A stretch of 64,000 bases of DNA from Verrucomicrobiales bacterium (GTDB taxonomy: Bacteria > Verrucomicrobiota > Verrucomicrobiia > Limisphaerales > UBA1100). Under the pieces are notes generated by a model. The model did no database searches, was not told the DNA's origin, and saw nothing but the letters and a program-made list of their open reading frames with translations. The DNA lies in the NCBI GenBank assembly GCA_038145765.1, contig JAYQQG010000001.1, positions 2,081 through 66,080 on the forward strand, written 5' to 3'. Made by a program: the position numbers and the translations under genes. Positions 59,764 to 64,000 of this stretch are shown here, piece after piece (position 1 is the first letter of the stretch; every line of letters starts with the position of its first letter).

Positions 59764-59780
59764 GACTGAGTCACATTAGC
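59764..59780. promoter_or_regulatory. 17-nt motif GACTGAGTCACATTAGC, candidate operator upstream of bfd
   Basis: It is an inverted partner of 59390-59406. It lies in an unusually AT-rich stretch about 60-75 nt upstream of the bfd start. Confidence 0.3.
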
Positions 59781-59827
59781 AGTTATTCACAAAACCACTG
59801 TTTTTTAGGGTTTTTTAAGCCTACGGA

Positions 59828-61306
59828 CTAGCGCCGCTCGTTCATGTGAATTTTTTTGAAGGCTTCTTCGAGGTGCTTGGCGATGGCGGGCTCCGCCTCG
59901 GCAAAATTTTTGCGCTCGTCGCCGTGTGTCTTGATGTTAGCGAGGAAATAAGGCTTTTGGAATGGGCCCCCGCGCGGTTGTTGTCGGCCGCCGGAGCCGT
60001 TGCCGAGGACGAGTTTCCAGTCGCCGTCGCGGATGGCGAACATGCCGCTGGCGGAATGATGAATCACCGGCGGCCGTGAGTATCCCTTGGCTTTGCCAAG
60101 CAGAAGCGGCAGGAAACTGTAGCTGTCGGCCGCTGCGCCCTTCGGGATTTTCGCCCCGGCAATTGCGGCCACGGTGGCGAAGAGATCGGTGTGCGTAATC
60201 ACTTGCGCGCTCTGACTGCCGGCCTTCACCTTGCCCGGCCAGCGCGCGAAGAACGGCACGTGATGGCCACCCTCCCAGATGTCCGCCTTGGTGCCGCGCC
60301 ACGGGCCGTTGGCGGTGTGATTCTTGGAATGGTACTGCTGCTTGGTCGATGTCTTCACGTGATCATTCTCATCGTCCACCCGATACATGAACGACCCGTT
60401 GTCGCTGGTGAAAATGACGAGTGTGTTATCCGCCAGCTTGGTTTCATCCAGCGCCTTGAGCACCTGACCGACGGTGTCGTCAACATTCATCACAAAATCG
60501 CCGTACGGTCCGAGTCCCGTCTTGCCGACGAAGCGCGGGTGGGGCGTCACCGGCTTGTGCGGGCCGGTGAGCGGCATGTAGAGAAAGAACGGCTGGTCGC
60601 CCTTGGCCATGCGTTTGAGGAAGGCGGCTGTGCGTTCGCCGAGTACATCGAGGCCCTCCTCGAATTTCAAATCCTCCGCGCGCGGACCCTGCCGCACGAA
60701 GCCGGGAAACTTGATGCCCGGTTGCTGCACCAGTTTGGCCGGCACGAAGCGGTCGTTTTCAATCCACACATACGGCGCCATATCGAGCGAGGCGCTCACG
60801 CCGAAGTATTCGTGAAAGCCGCGCGTGATCGGGCTGTCGGCGATCGGCTTGGTGAAATCCACATTACCGTCGCCGTCCCAACGATCCTGTTTCGGTTTGC
60901 CGCCTTCGAGCCGGGTCATGTTCATGCCCAGATGCCATTTGCCAATCGCTGCGGTGTGATAGCCCGCCTTCTGCATCACGCCGCCCACGGTCGGCCGATT
61001 CTTCTCAATCAACGGCGCGCTGTACCCGCCGAGCACGCCGCGTTTGAGCGGCGAACGCCAGCAGTAACGACCGGTGATCACGCCATAGCGCGTGGGGGTG
61101 CACACGCCGGAAGGACTGTGCGCGTCGGTAAACGTCATGCCTTCCTTCGCCAACCTGTTGAGATGCGGCGTGGGAATTTTGGATTTCGGATTCAACGCCT
61201 GCACATCGCCGTAGCCCATGTCATCGGCGAGGATGAAAATGATGTTGGGCTTGGCGGCATGCAGGGAAACAGAGAAAAACAGCAGAGCTAAAAACAGATG
61301 GCGCAT
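59828..61306 (-). CDS. Cys-type sulfatase (arylsulfatase-like)
   Basis: ORF 59828-61384. The start is likely MRHLFLALLFFSVSLHA at 61306. Motifs: PNIIFILADDMGYGD, VCTPTRYGVITGRYCWRS, GKWHLG, FTSDNGS. Confidence 0.9.
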   Translation of the reverse strand: MRHLFLALLFFSVSLHAAKPNIIFILADDMGYGDVQALNPKSKIPTPHLNRLAKEGMTFTDAHSPSGVCTPTRYGVITGRYCWRSPLKRGVLGGYSAPLIEKNRPTVGGVMQKAGYHTAAIGKWHLGMNMTRLEGGKPKQDRWDGDGNVDFTKPIADSPITRGFHEYFGVSASLDMAPYVWIENDRFVPAKLVQQPGIKFPGFVRQGPRAEDLKFEEGLDVLGERTAAFLKRMAKGDQPFFLYMPLTGPHKPVTPHPRFVGKTGLGPYGDFVMNVDDTVGQVLKALDETKLADNTLVIFTSDNGSFMYRVDDENDHVKTSTKQQYHSKNHTANGPWRGTKADIWEGGHHVPFFARWPGKVKAGSQSAQVITHTDLFATVAAIAGAKIPKGAAADSYSFLPLLLGKAKGYSRPPVIHHSASGMFAIRDGDWKLVLGNGSGGRQQPRGGPFQKPYFLANIKTHGDERKNFAEAEPAIAKHLEEAFKKIHMNERR

Positions 61307-61337
61307 GTGGAGATAGAATAGGAACAAGAATGAATTA

Positions 61338-61439
61338 TCAATGACCAATTCCCAATGACCAAGGAATGACTCAATATCCAACACTCATTTGGGTTTGGGC
61401 ATTCCTTGGAACTTGGGCCTTGAGGATTGGTCATTGGCC
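61338..61439. repeat. AATGACCAA-type palindromic intergenic element, copy 2
   Basis: The left arm is tcaatgaccaattcccaatgaccaaggaatgactcaat (61338-61375). The right arm gcattccttgg...ggattggtcattggcc (61399-61439) contains reverse-complement units. The 20-mer at 61351-61370 is identical to 39361-39380. Confidence 0.75.
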
Positions 61440-61483
61440 AAACCGGCTTGTCCCCGTCATTCCGGCGCGGCATACTTTCCGTT

Positions 61484-64000
61484 GTGAGATTACTCACTGC
61501 ATCACTGCTGCTCGCGTTTGGCCTATGGGCGGAGCCGCTGCATTGGGCGCTGAAACCCATTGAGCCGCCGCTTGTGCCGGCGGCGAATGTGCCGCACCCG
61601 ATCGACTCCTTCATCCTGATGAAACGGCAGGAGGCCAAGCTCACGCCTTCGCCCGAGGCCGATCGGCGCACGCTAATCCGGCGGCTGCATTTTGACCTGC
61701 ACGGACTACCGCCCGCGCCAGAGGCCGTCGAGGCCTTTGTGCGCGATCCCGATCCCAAGGCGTACGAAAAGCTTGTTGACCGCCTGCTGGCCTCAAAGCA
61801 CTTCGGCGAACGCTTCGCCCGCCATTGGCTGGACATCGCTCATTACGCGGACACGCACGGCTTCGAACGCGACAAGCTCCGGCCCGATGCGTGGCCCTAC
61901 CGCGACTACGTCATCCGTGCCTTTAATGCCGACAAGCCGTACGACCGCTTTCTGCAGGAGCAAATCGCCGGCGATGTGTTGTGGCCGGATGATCCCGATG
62001 CGGTGATCGCTACCGGCTTTCTCGCAGCCGGCCCGTGGGATTTTGTCGGGCAGGTGGAAACCAGGAGCCCCATCCTGCGCCGCAGCGCCCGCGCGCTGGA
62101 TTTGGATGACATGATGACGCAGGTGATGACCGCCACCACCGCCATGACCGTCAACTGCGCCCGTTGCCATGACCACAAGCTTGATGAAATTCCGCAGGAG
62201 GATTACTACCGCCTCACCGCCGTGTTCGCCGGGCTGAAGCGCGGCTCGCGCAACGTCAGCGATGCCGCGCTTGCGCAGCACAACACACGGAAAAAGGCGC
62301 TTGAGGACAAGCTGAACGAGGCGCAATTCGCCATTGGCGAGCTGGAAGGACGCGGCATTGACCTGGCTGATGTGGTCGGCGGCGGCAACGGCTTCGGCAC
62401 CGGCCGCAAAGGCATCGGGCTGGACGCGCGCACCGGCAAGGTGCAGGAGCGCAAGTTTGGCAATCTCGGCAACGTGAAGCCGGGCAACTACGCGAAGAGC
62501 ACCTATGATTTTGTGGACGGCGTGTTCGTGCCGGCCAAGGGCGAAACCCCCATCAGCTCCACCGGCCTCAAAGCCACCGGATTGCCCGCCAATGGCGGCA
62601 TGGCGTGGGACATGATCCGCAATGGACCCGTTGCCAGCCAGCACTCCACCGTATGGGGCGGCGTGGATTACACCAAGGCCGGTCACACGATGCTCGGCCT
62701 GCACGCCAATGCCGGCATCACGTTCGACCTCGCCGCCATCCGCAAGGCCTCCGGCATGGACGAGCTGCGCTTCAGCACCGTGGTGGGCTACGGCGGAGTG
62801 ACCGTGCAACCCAGCGCGGAGTTTCGCGTGTTGGTGGATGGTCAACTCACGGCGCATCAACGCATCGGCCGCAAGGATGCGGTGCCGGTACAATTCAACC
62901 TTCCGGCCACCGCCCGTTTTCTCACGTTGATCTCGACCGATGGCGGCAACGGATACAGTCACGACCAAATCAGCTTTGGCGATCCACGGCTCGTCCCCAC
63001 GAAGCCCAAGCAATTGACGGCTGCGGACCAAAAGCAACTGGAACAACTCCGCCGCCAAGCGGCCCAATTGAGAACGGAACTCGCCAATCTCGGCGAGCCG
63101 CCCAGGTTTTACGGCGTCATCGCCGAGCCACCGCCGGTGGTGAAGGTGCTGCATCGCGGCGACCCCGAATCACCGCGCGACCCCGCCACGCCCGGCACCC
63201 TGCGCTGGGTGGCCGGACTGAAGACTGACTTTGGCCAACACGACACGCCCGAGGGCGACCGCCGCGCCGCGCTCGCCAAATGGATCACGCATCCGGACCA
63301 TCCGCTAACCCGCCGCGTGATCGTCAACCGCCTTTGGCAATGGCATTTCGGGCGCGGCATTGTCGATACCCCCAGCGACTTCGGGCGCGGCGGCCAAAAG
63401 CCCTCGCACCCCGAGCTGCTCGATTGGCTTGCCGAGGAACTGCGCCTTCGCAAGGGTTCACTCAAGGCCATCACCCGCCTCATCGTCACCAGCGCCACCT
63501 ACCGTCAAGTGTCTCACACCGCGCATGGCACGGCGACCGATGCCGATAACCGTTTTTTGTGGCGGCAAAACCCGCGCCGCCTGCAGGCCGAGGCGATGCG
63601 CGACGCCGTGCTGACCGCCAGCGGCAAGCTCAACCTCAAGGCCGGCGGCCCAGGTTATCGCGATTTCAAATACACCGAGGCCTACGCGCCGATTTACCAG
63701 TACATCACGCCGGACACGCCGGACTTGTGGCGGCGCAGCATTTATCGGTTCGTCGTCCGCACCACGCCGCACGAGTTTCTCACCACGCTCGATTGTCCGG
63801 ATCCCGCCAATCTCACCCCCAAGCGCCTCACCACCACCACGCCGCTGCAGGCGCTCACGCTCAGCAACAATCCCTTCATGCTCAAGCAGGCCGGCTACTT
63901 TGCCGCGCGCCTGAAACAGGATGCCGGCACCAAGCCCGCCGACCAAATTGACCGCGCCTTCCAACTGGCATTCGGCCGCCCACCGACGCCGCCCGAAGCC
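61484..64000 (+). CDS. DUF1549 + inserted NPCBM/galactose-binding-like beta-sandwich + DUF1553 protein, with no N-terminal cytochrome c domain (3' end outside the window)
   Basis: Own translation in the frame of GTG 61484 gives [18 protein letters not shown] (signal peptide), [38 protein letters not shown], an insert (...[25 protein letters not shown]), NRLWQWHFG and [10 protein letters not shown] at the window end. I saw no stop in this frame. It is absent from the ORF track because it is open-ended. Confidence 0.85.
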   Translation, partial: MRLLTASLLLAFGLWAEPLHWALKPIEPPLVPAANVPHPIDSFILMKRQEAKLTPSPEADRRTLIRRLHFDLHGLPPAPEAVEAFVRDPDPKAYEKLVDRLLASKHFGERFARHWLDIAHYADTHGFERDKLRPDAWPYRDYVIRAFNADKPYDRFLQEQIAGDVLWPDDPDAVIATGFLAAGPWDFVGQVETRSPILRRSARALDLDDMMTQVMTATTAMTVNCARCHDHKLDEIPQEDYYRLTAVFAGLKRGSRNVSDAALAQHNTRKKALEDKLNEAQFAIGELEGRGIDLADVVGGGNGFGTGRKGIGLDARTGKVQERKFGNLGNVKPGNYAKSTYDFVDGVFVPAKGETPISSTGLKATGLPANGGMAWDMIRNGPVASQHSTVWGGVDYTKAGHTMLGLHANAGITFDLAAIRKASGMDELRFSTVVGYGGVTVQPSAEFRVLVDGQLTAHQRIGRKDAVPVQFNLPATARFLTLISTDGGNGYSHDQISFGDPRLVPTKPKQLTAADQKQLEQLRRQAAQLRTELANLGEPPRFYGVIAEPPPVVKVLHRGDPESPRDPATPGTLRWVAGLKTDFGQHDTPEGDRRAALAKWITHPDHPLTRRVIVNRLWQWHFGRGIVDTPSDFGRGGQKPSHPELLDWLAEELRLRKGSLKAITRLIVTSATYRQVSHTAHGTATDADNRFLWRQNPRRLQAEAMRDAVLTASGKLNLKAGGPGYRDFKYTEAYAPIYQYITPDTPDLWRRSIYRFVVRTTPHEFLTTLDCPDPANLTPKRLTTTTPLQALTLSNNPFMLKQAGYFAARLKQDAGTKPADQIDRAFQLAFGRPPTPPEA

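Noticed and set aside
59707-59827. Canonical Fur box upstream of bfd.
   Set aside because: The AT-rich stretch (tgaataactgctaatgtgac on the gene strand) has only weak resemblance to GATAATGATAATCATTATC. I report the 17-nt inverted motif instead and leave the regulator open.

Overview
This is a GC-rich, densely coding chromosomal segment whose gene content is typical of the Planctomycetes-Verrucomicrobia-Chlamydiae (PVC) group. I found no rRNA, tRNA, CRISPR array, transposase or prophage genes.

Four themes dominate the window:
- Nine Cys-type (C-x-P-x-R) sulfatase genes, one of them frameshifted.
- Five loci of the poorly understood planctomycete cytochrome / DUF1549 / DUF1553 (PSD) family, four of them paired with a Tat-signal DUF1501 protein. 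There is also one DUF1592/DUF1552 pair and one PVC-type membrane-bound-dehydrogenase/heme protein.
- A sugar-acid catabolic operon (MFS transporter, ceramidase-like hydrolase, DgoD-like dehydratase, DHDPS-family aldolase) embedded among the sulfatases.
- Small accessory modules: two ParE-family toxin-antitoxin pairs, bfd-bfr, cupin/VOC, ankyrin, Dabb, ThuA, and a partial TctC/TctA transporter.

Genes from about 27.0 kb to 54.7 kb all lie on the minus strand, and many have overlapping stop/start codons.

Observations most worth follow-up:
1. An in-frame TGA sits exactly at the first Cys of the GMTCxxC motif of a secreted heavy-metal-associated (HMA) domain protein. It is either a selenocysteine candidate or a nonsense mutation.
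2. A lectin-like beta-sandwich domain is associated with every PSD / DUF1501 locus. One case is an 1198-aa FG-GAP + DUF1080 + PQQ-propeller fusion.
3. Two families of intergenic palindromic repeats are present. An inverted pair of one family brackets a single sulfatase gene.
4. An antitoxin gene is cut by an in-frame TGA next to an intact toxin gene.
5. Three frameshifts all map to A/T homopolymers.

All functional calls rest on my reading of motifs in the translated ORFs. No database search was run.
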